Positions 1 through 13,346 of a stretch of DNA of 64,000 bases are shown piece by piece. How positions within the stretch are numbered: the stretch's first letter is position 1; every line of letters starts with the position of its first letter. The position numbers and the translations under genes were made by a program. Source of the stretch: Balanoglossus misakiensis (taxonomy: Eukaryota > Animalia > Hemichordata); the NCBI GenBank assembly GCA_040954595.2, contig CM082592.2, forward strand, positions 5,612,209 through 5,676,208. Direction: 5' to 3'. The notes beneath the pieces were generated by a model. That model was not told the origin of the DNA and did no database searches. It saw nothing but the letters and a program-made list of their open reading frames with translations.

Positions 1-228
1 GCACATGAGGATATGAGTACATGTATTATGTATTATCTATTGTAGGCATGAGTCTACAGCGACAAACTGATATGGCGCAATATATTGCGGCCCCTTCCAA
101 TACATGTAATTGTTATTTTCCCCTAAAAGTGCCACGCCCTATTTGTAAATCACAATCGGGGATCGGATTTGCGCATGTAGCATGATTATGACAACGTCTG
201 TGACCGTGGTATGCTAAACAACTTCTCA

Positions 229-830
229 CATCAACCAATCACAAGCTTCACATAATGCGACTGGCGAAATGACGCATTTCGATTGGGTAGCTGTCAGCCA
301 ATTCTTTTGTCAGATGGTCAGTGAGGTGCCGCTTCCATCATACAATACTCTGAGACGTACAAACATCATGGCTGAAAGTAGCGACGAGAACGACCTAGTC
401 ATTACCCGGAGCAATTTCCGACGCCCAAGTGAAAGTGAACGCCGTGACTGTGACGATATGGACTGGATTTTCCCAAGATTTTGGTAGCCTCGTTGAAGAT
501 AATGTACACAACGCATCGGTCATGGAAATTGACGAGACGAAAATCGAGGGTGCCGTTTCTCCTGTCTTGCAGCCCCCATTGCGTACATCATCTACTTTAG
601 GTAACAACTTTCTGTCGTATTTGCTCGAAACCTTCAAATTTTAAGTAATTCTATCGACTAAACATGTTTTATTGTACGTCAGTAAGGTGCTTCAAGGAAG
701 CTCTGATAGACTAAGAAACATTAAGCTTTCGAGCGAAACCGTGTGCGAGGTAGAAATGAAACCCTCAACCAAAGGTCGAGCCCAGCGCGGAGAATACTGA
801 GAAAGATGGCCGAGTCATGTATTGCACTGG
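229..830. repeat. Interspersed repeat, copy 1 (~600 bp), in the intron after exon 9 of paralog D
   Basis: Colinear similarity to 31991-32550 (catcaaccaatcacaagc...gacgatatggactggatttt...aaaatcgagggtgcc...gaggtagaaatgaa...aaagatggccga). Confidence 0.8.
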
Positions 831-1274
831 TACAGTGCGGTGTCTCAGCGGACAAAATTCAACACTGGCGACGCAGTTAATTCCCACGGGAAAAAGAGTA
901 TGAGCATGTGTTGAGTTGCAAGTTATTCTAAGAGGTGAGTTATCCAGGTAAAACAACCAACACTCGAAATAATCCGCCACTGAATACTCTGAGAACCGGG
1001 ACTACAGTATTCTTGTATGTCCGCGTGGTCCAGTCTGACAAGTGCCGCCGTCTACTCTTCTGTGATTGGCTTCTACGACCGTGACACCTGTGATCGCCCA
1101 GCTCACTTGATAATAGCAAATGTGTCGCGCCAATCGTCAAAACTACAGAAATTTAATTCAGATGGGCCGCCTTAATTCAAATGTATTCAAACGCCATATT
1201 TGGAGGAGGACTGAATATTAAGCTTGTGGAATGTGCATGCAACGGTGAAATATTCGTACATAAAAAAAGCTTAC

Positions 1275-4200
1275 CGTCGCTTCGCCTACAACATAGGAAG
1301 TTTGGTCTTTGCGCTGGGAATATAAACAGCAGCACCGCGATGAAAATGGCCGTCGTTGCATCTGATACGTACCTTTTAGAGAGATGGGAGAATTGTGTTA
1401 TCAATGGGCACTAAATCATGTCGCATTAATGAAATGATACTTTTAATCAGTCAACGTGACCTAGCATCATATGAAAAAAAAGTTTGCATTTTGTTTAATA
1501 CACTTTAAATGTTCAAAACGAACGGCAAGACCATGGTTGACCACTGGCGGTGTGAAAGTTGTCATTTTGTTCTGTCTGGGTTCATAGTCTAGGAAACACG
1601 CACGCACACACTGTACACACACAAGCTAACAACATATATAACACTGCGAAGTGACGTTACCCGTCCTCGAAGAGGTTTCCCCATCCATATCCGGAAATGT
1701 CTCTGCTCATCCACAAAACAGCCAGCACAATAAAGTGGGCCAAAACAGCGCCCTCGGCCCAGCTGAAAAATGAAATGTGTGTAATCATAAAGCACTCCTG
1801 ACGGCTTAATAGTGAGCTGTGTGTACTTTTGGTAAAATTACAGAAATCTAGACAAAGGTGCGTTGTGGCACCACATTAACTCACCTGGTGGGACCCAGTG
1901 CTTTGTACTCCTCTCTGATAACCTTATGCGCCCCACCTCCGGAACTATTCTTACTGCAGGGACAGTCTGAACAACATTTTCCGCTACACCTTCGGAATAA
2001 AGTAACAGTTGAAAAGTAAACAAAGAGTAAATCACTGAACAAAGACCATGAAGTTGCCGTAACACATGCTCCGACGGTCAAATCAGTCTGCCTTGCTTCT
2101 GTTTGAGTGGAATATATTATGTCCACTTCGATTGGACACTTGAAATTCCAGGGGGTGATTCACGTACTTCTCGTATATGCATTAGCCCTTTCGCCCCCAG
2201 TTCCCTCTGCAGAGGTCCAACTTAACATATGAGATTAATTGGACATTTACCCTAAAAACCAAAACTGCAACCAGAGCCAGGCGATCACCTCAAATATCAC
2301 CATTCCGGGGAAAGCATAGATGAACCAAGACGCGAAGTCGACACCAGTAACGCCTGACCCGTAGCGCCTGCAGTTGGGAACAAGATTTTGCAGTGTGACA
2401 GGGTAACCAAAACAATCACCAACGCAGAAATATTAGTTTCTATCCCCGGATCTGAGTTACTCCAAACAACAAAGACAGCAACAACTACGACAACACTCTG
2501 GCTCGTCCGGTATTTCACTTTATTACCAAGATTTTTATCCCTCTCCTGCACCCTCCCCTGTCTTTGTAAGTTGAGGAAAACTATCAGCAAGAAAAACAGA
2601 CAAATCTCACCCTTCCAGAACTCCTGTCAGTACGAGATTTGTCCCGGTACCCGTCAGTGTCGCCGTTCCGCCAATGTTGGCAGCGTACGCTATGGACATG
2701 ACCAGTGCCTTGCTCATCTTTTGATCGGCTGGCGACAGCTGGTCGAACGGAATTGTTTTTGGCGTTTCCTGTCCTTCGCTGGGTTTCCTGTGAAATTGGA
2801 GAAATATATTACTATATACACTCCTTCTGTACATACCGAAGGTGGTTCCATGCCTCGCAAGTTTTTCTACTGGACCTATTAAAGCCAAGTAGTCCAGATA
2901 ATAGCAGCTCTAGATGTGTAACAGAAACGCGCGTGATACTGTTAGACAACATTTCATTGAAAGAATATGACAAAAACATTTACTTAATCTCGTTGGCCTC
3001 TTCTAGTGCCTTAATATCATCTGGGGATGCAGCAGACTCATCAACATTTCCAGCAGTACATATTTCACCGTTCTTGCCTTTGTTCTCGCCCTCTTCTTTA
3101 CATTCGTCCATTACAAAACTCTATAGGAAGAAAAAAAATAGTAGATATGTTAGAACGAGGTGTGGTTCCTCGAATATTCACGTCTGAAATTAAGATCAGG
3201 AGTTTGTTTCCATTCCTACTTAGATACTCCCTCCCTCCCTCCCTCCCTCCTGCCACCCAAGCATTTCATTGACCCTTCGCCCGTCATTTTTACCCAAGGA
3301 ATTTTCTAAAAGTGCCAAGTAACGACAATAAAACTGATGTTTACACGCCTGATTTTTTGTCCCGCTTTCTCCATCGACATCATCATCCCTTGCTCGAACC
3401 AGTTGTGACAACACCGCCTGGGCTATGGGTGTCATCATGGCTGTAGTAGCCGTGTTGCTGATAAACATTGATAAGCATGCTGTCGGAATCATGAAGCCCA
3501 ACATCAACCTGAAAACAAAAACAAAAATAGCAATAATGATTTAACGTCAATATAGTACGTGTCGTCCGGGACGCTTTTCGACGGAGTGTTTGGACATGTG
3601 ACTGTGAACAGTGCCACCAGTGGTAGCTTTGTGAAATATAATAACAAACACCCCAAGCCCTCGTAGTTCATAGCAGCATTATATCGGCCGTTTATAATCT
3701 TGCAGATATCCATGTAAGCTCACACAAATCATAAATGCATTCATTTCTCTGTAAAGTTTGATTTCCAAAAAAAGTCCACTCACCAGCGAACGCTTGATCC
3801 AACTAGCAACAAAACCCGCAGAGCGATTCGTTTGTGCAAATTACAGTGTTCGATGGCCACTGCCACCATCAGGCCGCCGACGAACAGTGCATTGGTGTCT
3901 TTGAGGTAGACGATGGCTGTGCTACCAGCAGTCATCACCCCCATCATCGGGAACAGCACCAACGGCAACAGAGCCGTCACGGCCAGTGGTAGTGCCTCCG
4001 TTACCCAGTACACCGCCATTACGATGAGAACATACGCGGCGCGTGACTCCTGTAGAACAAAGGTGGTCAATCATGTTTGATGTCTGAAGATTGGAACTCG
4101 TTTTTATGAATAGTTTTAAGGTGCTAATAATGTTGAAACCCACACAAACTGACAACAGATATACCATAACTCAACATGGATCTGTCACGAAAACGTTTTG

Positions 4201-5685
4201 CCAACCTCAATTTGTAACCCTTACGATTGAAGTGCCAACATGTCTACTTTACATCCTTCTCGTATACAGACGACTTTCACACCGTCAGCTCACTAACTCA
4301 AGTCCGCTATGGAGCATCAGTGTCTTTATATGGACAGCAAGAACGTTTGTGAAGTTCTCTAGAACAGTTGTGACACATTTTGAACCACAGAAATGAGAAC
4401 AATGACTTTCCTATGGGTAAAAACTTGCCTGTACAAACACTACATGACCGGCGATACCAAAAGTACCCAGATTGCCATGTACGCATGTTTGCACTTCGGA
4501 CGGAGTATGATAAATCACCATAATAGCGAGTTGAGATTGTCGTGGTAGGGAGTAGATGCTTTGTTTTTGCTATAAAACAAATACAAGAGTCCAAATGCCC
4601 TACGAAAAGGCTTTAACTCAATTGTTGAGTGTTTGTACGTTGATAGCTGTCGCTGTATCGCATGGTACGTCACTCTCCATTCTCATCAGTCGTATCTTTA
4701 TTCCCCTTCCAAAATGTTGCGCAAGAACCAAGGTCAACGTGACACACGAAGCAGTAGCCGTAGATATATTAGTATAGGGATGCAGTCATAAAAAGTGCCG
4801 GGTGTAATTTTGACGATATTCTTTTCTTAAGACATTGGTCGGTCCTTTAGAGAGATATGTCACAAAACCTATAAGATAGATCATTTTTTGAGCATGTTTT
4901 CAAGTCTGGATTATTCGGTCGACGCAACGCGTGCAATAAACGATTACTTGTTATTGTCCTGTCATAATTTAGGGCCCCGAAATTGCGATGCAGTGATAGT
5001 GCCGATAGCGCTCAGCTCTGCACAATGAATACCTTGTTTGCTGGGTTCAAACGACCTGTCAAAACCTCAGATGCATTTATAATCCACAAAAGTACAACTC
5101 TAATACTCGCAGCAACAGGTGTTTGGACGCGGGCGCGCATAGACAGAGGAGATATGAACTCACAACAAGACAGCCTGAGGGGGGGGGGGATACGTAATGA
5201 AGGAAAACTCTGGGAAAGATTTGACACCTCCCCTTCCCCGCACAAATGACTGTTGTATTACGTATACACAAACTGCAACCCTGTTATAAATATGTCGACC
5301 CCGGTCTGCCTGTGTCGAAGTTAGCGGCCACAAGTGTCTTCGGACTACCGGCCGATTGCATGGAATGCCGTGATTTCAAGCAGTTCACGCACGGAGACAT
5401 TTCGAAACCGGGGTCGTTCTCTTTGAAGATGAAGAAGGCGCAAGATGTGCCCCAAATTATTGTCCGAGAGCATTTAGTGAGATAATAGCGAGTCAGTTAC
5501 GAATACGAGAGAACTTATCAATTTTGACCGACAACTTTCTGTAAATTCTAATTCTAATTTCTCGTACCTACCGTTCCATCGATGACCAGTGGTAGCGGCA
5601 AAACCAACAACGGAGTCAGGATTATTATCAATGTGGTCCGGAATGCCCACAGCTCGAGCAGGACGGTTTTTGCCGTGTAAGCCAT
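1275..5685 (-). CDS. SLC13/DASS family Na+-coupled anion transporter, paralog D (exons 1-9; 3' part not in window)
   Basis: Exons 5572-5685 ([26 protein letters not shown]), 3784-4049 ([26 protein letters not shown]), 3349-3508 ([10 protein letters not shown]), 2984-3120, 2611-2787 ([13 protein letters not shown]), 2251-2367, 1885-1989, 1661-1762 and 1275-1372. Frame is continuous. Exon 3 needs a GC donor. No exon 10 found in 1-1274. Confidence 0.9.
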
Positions 5686-6245
5686 TTTTGAGAAAAAAGT
5701 GTTTGACGCGTAGGCTGTAAAAATCCAGGTACCGCGTCATAAAGAAAACTCGCTATGTAAACAAGGTTTGTTGAATATTAACCTGCGTGGATTGTGTCGA
5801 GTATTTACAAACGTCAGTTATATGTTGACATATATGGACTTCATTCTTACACCATTCAAGCCTCTGTTCATGTGCCATTGATTCCGTAAGCCCGGTCTCA
5901 TCAGTCACAGTTATTGGACTGCCAGGTGTTTTTTAATTAAAAAAAAACTATCAAAAAAATCAGACTTTCCTGCTCAAACGGAATGTACAAATAAGTAAAA
6001 GCTCCCATAGCTACCATTTTTGAGACATTTTCATGATTTTACTTTTGAACTTAGAATGGACCATTGAAATGAGTTAATTGGTGGGCATACACAAGTATTT
6101 TATACATGTTGTTATATAGTTAAACATGTGTACTTTCAATCGCGGAATACATTATGACCACGATCGCCCATCTGATTTTATTTGCAGGTTTGACGACATT
6201 GGAGAAGAGGAACTCGTTACCCGCCTTTCTCCAACGATGCCTCAC

Positions 6246-6633
6246 CTGACAACCTTCTGCAAGTGCTGATCCGCCACCTACCAGCAAGAGGATGCCCCAT
6301 GGAAGACCATGTTGCACAGCCTTCCAATCCACAAGTGATTTCCTCGGACCGCTGGGTGAGTCTTCTGTTTATATGTAAAGGGTAGTGTATGAGTGGAGTG
6401 CTTCTGTATAGGGATGGTTGTACATGTATAGCGACAGGAACAGTGCTATACATGCTAAGCACGACCGCACCCCCTCCCAATAAACGCTACTTCCCTTCAA
6501 AGTAACCATCCTGCTTAGTAAATCACAATGAGGGCAAGCGGCACAGGCAGGGCTAGTAACTGGGTCAGGAGTATAACCAAAACATTCGGTATACCCACAT
6601 CTTGAGCAGCACGCTTTCTGCAGTGCGAGTCAT
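6246..6633 (-). pseudogene. SLC13 relic: frameshifted exon 1 (~6520-6633) next to an intact-looking exon 10 (6246-6364)
   Basis: MTRTAESVLLKMWVYR then a shifted VLVILLTQLLALPVPLAL. About 150 bp away is DSPSGPRKSLVDWKAVQHGLPWGILLLVGGGSALAEGCQ with AG/GT ends. Exons 2-9 and 11-13 not seen. Confidence 0.75.
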
Positions 6634-7019
6634 CTTGGAGAGCGTTTGGCAGGTTGAGTGAAAAAAAAGCTAGGAACGCAATTTCATCGATGATAAAATA
6701 GAACCTTTATTTATCTCAGCCACTTTAGTCACTTTTGCTGTGCACATTTTAACTGCATTTTCCCATAAAAGAGTTTATTTTGATGGTCAGATGCTCTTTT
6801 AACCCACGTACAAACAAATGTCGATACCCTGTGCGGCTCATCATTTTAAAAACTGATCAGATGTGGCATTTTTATGCTTCCTATAAATATCTGCTTAATG
6901 TAGCTTGTGAGTTTCGCGTGGGTATTTCATTCTATTTTCCGAAAAAAATTGTCTCAACCAGTAAGCTGTGGATATTTTATCACGACACACTTCATCCCGC
7001 AGAAATCTCTTTTCAATTC

Positions 7020-10000
7020 TCACAATAATGTAGAGTTTCCACCGCAGGTGGAGTTCATAGTCAAAGCCCAGTCAGGAAATGTCTTCACGTCGTATATAAA
7101 ATCCCCATAGGTATGCATGAAGAGATTGACCAGGGAGATACCAATGATGTTAATGAAAATCCCAGCTTTTACCTGGCGAACAAAAGGGAAAATATTGACT
7201 TGTCATGGCTTGTCTGAGCAGCGGCTCCGTCAAATCATGGCATCTTTTTTGAGCAGGGCTAAGTAGCAATCTGTAAATGGGACCTGATCCCGAAAACACA
7301 TCTTGGTAAACAAAACAATAACAGTCGTAAGGTATAGACACTTGCTTACCATATCAAGCACCGTCAATTGACCGTACGAAAATATGACGGCGTTCGGCGG
7401 CGTTGCCACGGGCAACATGAAGGCGTAGGAGCAGACGATCGTAGACGGCACCATCAGGTACAAAGGGTTGACACAAATGCTTTCACTCTGAAAAGACAGG
7501 AAGTGACGAAGGTTTCACTGCAAATTTACATAAACCACACAAACTGGGAGTTTTTGGCCAATGCCATATATGTTTGATTCTCATGATTAAGACCAAGCGG
7601 TCGCAAGTACGTCTGACAACAACCAGGTCGATCATATTGTCCAACAAAATGACTTGTTGCTATAGTAGGATGTTCCCATGATGCTGTGCGTGCAGCTTCC
7701 CGGGACTTTGACTTTTGCATCCAATGTCCCTGCGACATTACTTATAAATTATAATTATTTTAATTTATCCCTAACTCAAACTCACCAACTGTGCCAGAAT
7801 AGGTAAAAAGACGGAGGCGATAGCCGCATTGCTCGTTAGCTCTGTGAAGAAACACAGTGTCGTTGTGGCGATCAGAATTATCACTTCCACGGGCAGGAAG
7901 TCCAAGGCCGGAAGTTGGTTACCAATCCATTGAGATAACCCTGATACCTATAGGTCGTAGAGACAGCTAATTAGACATTCAGGAAATATAGTGTGGCCTA
8001 CATGTAGTACCAGCTCACATAAAATAGGTGCAACCAGTGTGACATCACTGTCGTTCGCCCATTCTATTGAACACATTCACTTGTCAAACGAAAAGTGTGG
8101 CTTCTCAAGCAATGCTCTAGCACTAACCTGACAACCTTTGGCCAGTGCAAATCCACCGCCAACCAAAAAGACCACACCCCATGCAAGATTGTGATGGATG
8201 GTGTCCCAGTCCAGCAATGTTTTCCTCGAACATGCCGCCAAGTCATCTGTTTGTCGAAGCATTGGGCGTTAACATGAGAATGCACAATCACTTGAAATGT
8301 CAAGTTGAAGTTACTTATATCTATATACAAATCGACAATACGACACGAATTCCCTGGGAACATGTTAAAACCATTTCTCCTTTACCACCATCTGCTTAAC
8401 AGTCACGAGCAGACGATACACTGCGTAAATGTAATGTACATAAGCTGATTATCGGATATATGAACGCCTGCGTTGCAAATGACGTAATCATTTGGCATTA
8501 TGTGATACACATTTATTTCTCCTTTTGGTCAAATGCATGACGTTAGATTGACAGTCTGAAGTAGAATAGTGAATGAAAAGGACTGCTGACACGCTTACCG
8601 TCATGCTTGCTTCGTCCCCCACAAAGAAAACTTGGTCTTTGCGATGGGAAAACGAATAATAATATGGATATGCAAATAGCTGGCGTTGCATCAGACACAT
8701 ACCTATGGGTTGAAAAAGTTCAAATTCACAATTACTAGTAGCTTTCCACAAGTTGGTTAAAGGCGAGATCAAAAGTTCTGTGAAATGCAAGAATAAATTC
8801 TGAACTGCCATGACAAGAGACGAATTTCCACCGAGAACGAGATCTCACGCGAAATATACTTCATTTGATATTTACCCGTCTTCGAAAAGATTGCCCCATC
8901 CGTATCCAGAAACGTCTCTGGTCAACCATAAAATACACAGAACAACGCAGTGGACTAAAGCAGCGCCCTCAGCCCAGCTGAAATGCAAGTATATAGTGAT
9001 AATATGCATGTCATTCATTAATCAGTTTACTCCTCACTCACTCATCACACACCCGCTAACATCGACGCAGACACTTAGGCAGGCACGCATACACGCTCTC
9101 ACTCGCGAACTCATTAACTCACTCACTCTCTCTCTCACTCACTCAACTCGTTGCATCTCTCAGATGGTGCACGAACTCACCTGATGGGTCCCAGTGCTTT
9201 GTACTGCTCTCTGATAACTATGCGTATCCGTCCTTCAATCCCCGTCTCCCTGCAGTGGCAGCCCACACAGCACTGTCCGAAGCATCTTCGGATTGTATGA
9301 CAAGTAAAAAAATATTGCAGTGCGTTAAAATAAGTTGATACTTATGTCTTAGCATAAATCCATTGATTGTGAGATCCAGCAATGGTGATTGGACACTTAC
9401 CCAAGAAGCCAATACTGGAGCCATAGCCAGACTAACACTTCTAAAAGGACCATTCCGGGAAAAGAATACATGAACCAAGAGGCAAAGTCTACGCCCGTTG
9501 CCATTCCATAACGCCTACAAGTGGAAGGAGAGACACACACTTAAATGATTCAATACTGGTAGAAACGTTCAAAAGGTCGCTTGTCGACAATAACAATTCG
9601 GCATGCACATACAAACTGTGATACACACTAACTACCGAGTATCTCAACGTTCACTGTATGCAGCCTCAACGCGCAGTGCAGTTAATACATCTATGACCGA
9701 AATCTTACCCTTCGAGAATCCCAGTGAACAGAAGGTTGGTTGGTGTACCAATCAGAGTAGCCGTTCCGCCGATATTGGCAGCATAGGCAATGGACAACAA
9801 AAGCGCTTTACCCAGCTTTTTGTCTGCCTCTGACAAGCCGTCGAACTGTACACTGTCACTGGGAACATCGTGACTTTCACTGGCTTTACTGTGAATATTA
9901 ATATAGAAAGGGAAAATTCTAAACCTACAGTCCAGCGTCCGTTTCGTTACAAATTCAGTTTCATGTCATTTGCATTCAATACTTGAGCGTGTATCTTCAA

Positions 10001-11883
10001 AATAATCTGAATGATAAAAGCATTGGCATTGTCCACTAAAACAAAACTCGTTTACTTATTCTCGTTGGTGGCGTTGTCCAGCGTCTTCACGTCGTCTGGC
10101 GAGTTTCCCGCCGCTTTCTCAGTCGACATGTCGTCCCCCAGCACAGTGGCAACCATTTGGCTCCCCTTTCCTTGGTAGTTAGGGTCTTTCTCCGATATGG
10201 TCATTTCGAGATCCTGTAAGATGTGTTTGCATCGATTACTTGTAGAGCTTTTCAAAGTCGAAGCCACGGCAACGTGTAAATGGACATTTGTGCTTTGTTT
10301 TAGCACGTTTGGAAACATTTTGATGAACTAATTCGTGATAACAAGATCTTGACCGACTGACTGACTGACTCAAAACGTCATCGGTCAAGGACAGATACTT
10401 TACTCCATTGACAAAAAAACATGACTTCTTAAAACATACTGTATAATTTGCTTCACAACCATCCCTGACTCTCGCCAGTTGTAGTTCTGACATCACCGCC
10501 TGTGCGATCGTGGACATCATGGCTGTGGCAGCCAGGTTGCTAACAAACATTGACAAGCAAGCCGTCGAAATCATAAACCCTAGCATCAACCTGAAGGATA
10601 AAATATCAAAAGAGTTGAATATTTAACACACAAGAAAGTTTATCCCGTACCAGAACATCCTCTTGGGTCTATGAATGTGTCTGTGTGTTTCTGAACAGAG
10701 TGCAAAACGTCCAATGGGCAATACATGCAAACTTAGTTGACATACATATCAAATTAGCATATTTAGAACAAAAGTATAAAAAAACACGTGTGTACGGTGA
10801 CTGTACACTATATTCTCTTATAATAGCTTAAACCCCCTCCACTAAATGTTATACTTTTAGTATAGAAATTGTAACTTGAACACAATTACATCTGATTAGA
10901 TATTTTGGTAGGCAAATTAGGGTACAGAGAAGCAAACATAACATATACGCTACTGTTCAGGCTGGATTAGTAGTACATGTAGGCTATACGTCCTTTCATT
11001 TACATGCAGCAAAGTGTATTACTCACATGCGAGCACTTGATCCAATCATCAACAGAATCCGCAGAGATATCCTTTTGGGAACACCCCATTGTTCGATGGC
11101 CACCGCAACGACCAGACCGCCGATCAACAAGAAACTGGTGTCATTCAGGTATAGGGAGGCTGTGCTACGAACGGTCATCACTCCCAGCGGCGGGAACAGC
11201 GCCAACGGCAGTAAAGCCGTCACTGGTATGGGGACCCCGTTACCCAGTACACTGCCATGAGTATGAGTACATACGCAGCGCGCGACTCCTGCCGGAAAAT
11301 GTACACAAGTGTGTAAATCTTGCTGCATATACACGATTGTGAGAATATGTGAATTAGTTAGTCTAACAGTTCAAAAGTCCCTCATCGTCTGTCAAGTTTA
11401 ACCAATGACAATGTAGATGTGGGTTTCTCACTCCATTGAAAACTTGGTAGGACCACGTCGATATTCATAAATGTACGTGTTATGAAGGACAAACGTCCAG
11501 CCTTGTGATTTCTCGGAAAGATACGCGGTAACGAATTCCACGCAGTGACTAATATAGATTCGGACTGATACACTTTTCAGAGCTATTTTTATTTCATAAA
11601 TGTGCCAAACGACATCAATCGTTTTAACGCTTGTCCGTGGACAAGTTCAATAACAGAATAACACGCTTATAAAGTTGTGGAGTGAATACAAATGGAATCT
11701 CGCCGTGACTTTTAGCTTCCCCTGCTTTGAAAATAAGGTCATATACATTTATTTAAAGGGACTCACCATTCCAACGACGGTCATTGGCAGAGGCAGGGCC
11801 AGTAATGGGGTTAGAACTATAACCAAATTCAATCGATATGCCCACAACTTGAGCAGCAGGCTTTTTCCTAATAGGCAAGGCAT
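7020..11883 (-). pseudogene. SLC13 paralog C: 13 exons, 4-nt deletion in exon 2 (young pseudogene, null allele or assembly error)
   Basis: Exons 11767-11883, 11027-11288 (262 nt vs 266 nt in the three other paralogs; premature TGA 11220-11222), 10440-10590, 10056-10213, 9709-9888, 9401-9514, 9181-9285, 8876-8977, 8599-8702, 8128-8246, 7786-7947, 7350-7487 and 7020-7172. All other exons are open with canonical sites. Confidence 0.8.
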
Positions 11884-12083
11884 TTTGAAGTACGTTTGGC
11901 TGATTGACTGAAAAAAGCCTGGAACGAAATTTTATGGCTGGTATCATATCACTTATATTTATACCTCGACCATTTTATCCACTAATGAGTATATTTTACC
12001 AGCATTTTCTGTAAGAATATTTTAATGGCCAAATGCGGCTTAACCTCTCGTGCAAAAAATAGGAGCTTATGTCTTACCCACGT

Positions 12084-12123
12084 CTCTCTCTCTCTCTCTC
12101 TCCTCTCTCCCCCCCTCTCTCTC
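12084..12123. repeat. (CT)n microsatellite upstream of paralog C
   Basis: ctctctctctctctctctcctctctcccccctctctctc. Confidence 0.8.
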
Positions 12124-12841
12124 AACTTTGACAATTCACACCATAAATCCCGAGTGATTATCAATATTACACTATGATTCTGTTAATGAAGGGTATAGCT
12201 ATAGCCATTGATCTCAACAACAATGTAAAATGATAATGGGGAAAGTCTAATCCATGAATTTGGCGTCTGTCACCATCAGTCTCCATAAACAGTCTCCATA
12301 AACAGTCTCCATAAACTCTAGAAAAATGTTTGAAGTAATTCAAACCCGTCAGCTCCTTTTTAAAAAAATCGCCCAAGATTTCGCAAAACTTGGTAAAAAT
12401 TGAAAAGCCAAGCTTTGACACTGTGATTAAAACGCAAATGCTTGAAATTCCTCATATGTTCTTTTGGTAGAGTCACAATTTTAAACATTTAAAAATATTT
12501 TGTGAGCTACACCTACCGAATTTCTGCAGTGCGTGCGTTACAGCTTATATTCGTCGAGCGGGGGTAGGTTATGAGCACGGATCGTTTGGTATTTTCTAAA
12601 TTTTCACTGAAATATAATTTTCTGTATCGGGCATGCGCAATGCGGTAGGCACAGAGCGCGCTGTGTTGCGTCGGGCATACTCAGGTAATTTCATATTCCA
12701 TACACTTACCGAAGATATTAAAGTCGGTCGACATCAAGAGTTGTTTTATATCAATATTCGTTTTATTTACAAACACATTATTAATACTACAGACTTCTAT
12801 GTGGAAAAGCTGAACATTGATCTTTCGCGTCGTGATACTTG

Positions 12842-13169
12842 TTAAAGCTTCCGGATCCACTATCTGTAACGTTTCCCTATGCTTTCAGTATTTCTGTTAT
12901 GCGTATCTACTGCAGTTTCTTGTTCAAATTCCTGAAGCTTGATGAAATGCCCACTATTCAGTCATTCAACACAACGTGTATGTGTATAGTCAGCATCGGT
13001 TATTGTGCAAAATTTGAATTCAAGTCCGGACTAGAAATCATTTGTCAACATGTTGTACATGCACTTGGTATATATTAGCATGTTGTTTGTAGTTGAGCCA
13101 GAAATTGCATTTGATATACATAGAACAACTGGAAAGAAAGCAAAACAGTTACAGCTAATGTCCCTTTAA
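12842..13169. mobile_element. Degenerate MITE-like element with TTAA ends (Kolobok/piggyBac-type ends)
   Basis: ttaaag...tatctgtaac at left versus gttacagctaatgtccctttaa at right; imperfect inverted match. Confidence 0.3.
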
Positions 13170-13346
13170 CGCAAACTAGTATGACGATCACTTGTCGACG
13201 GGGTGGGGGCACATGCTACTAAGAAGAGACGACAGTAATTATTGGGGGAAAGGAACCAAAAACATGTACTTGTATGAAGTAATTGCCATAAGTAACTTAT
13301 AAATGTACATTTATAATATCGCCTAAGATGACAAACTTGACTAGTT

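Noticed and set aside
2388-3187. Long plus-strand ORFs (164 and 160 aa) over paralog D
   Set aside because: Antisense shadows of SLC13 exons and introns with no independent protein features.
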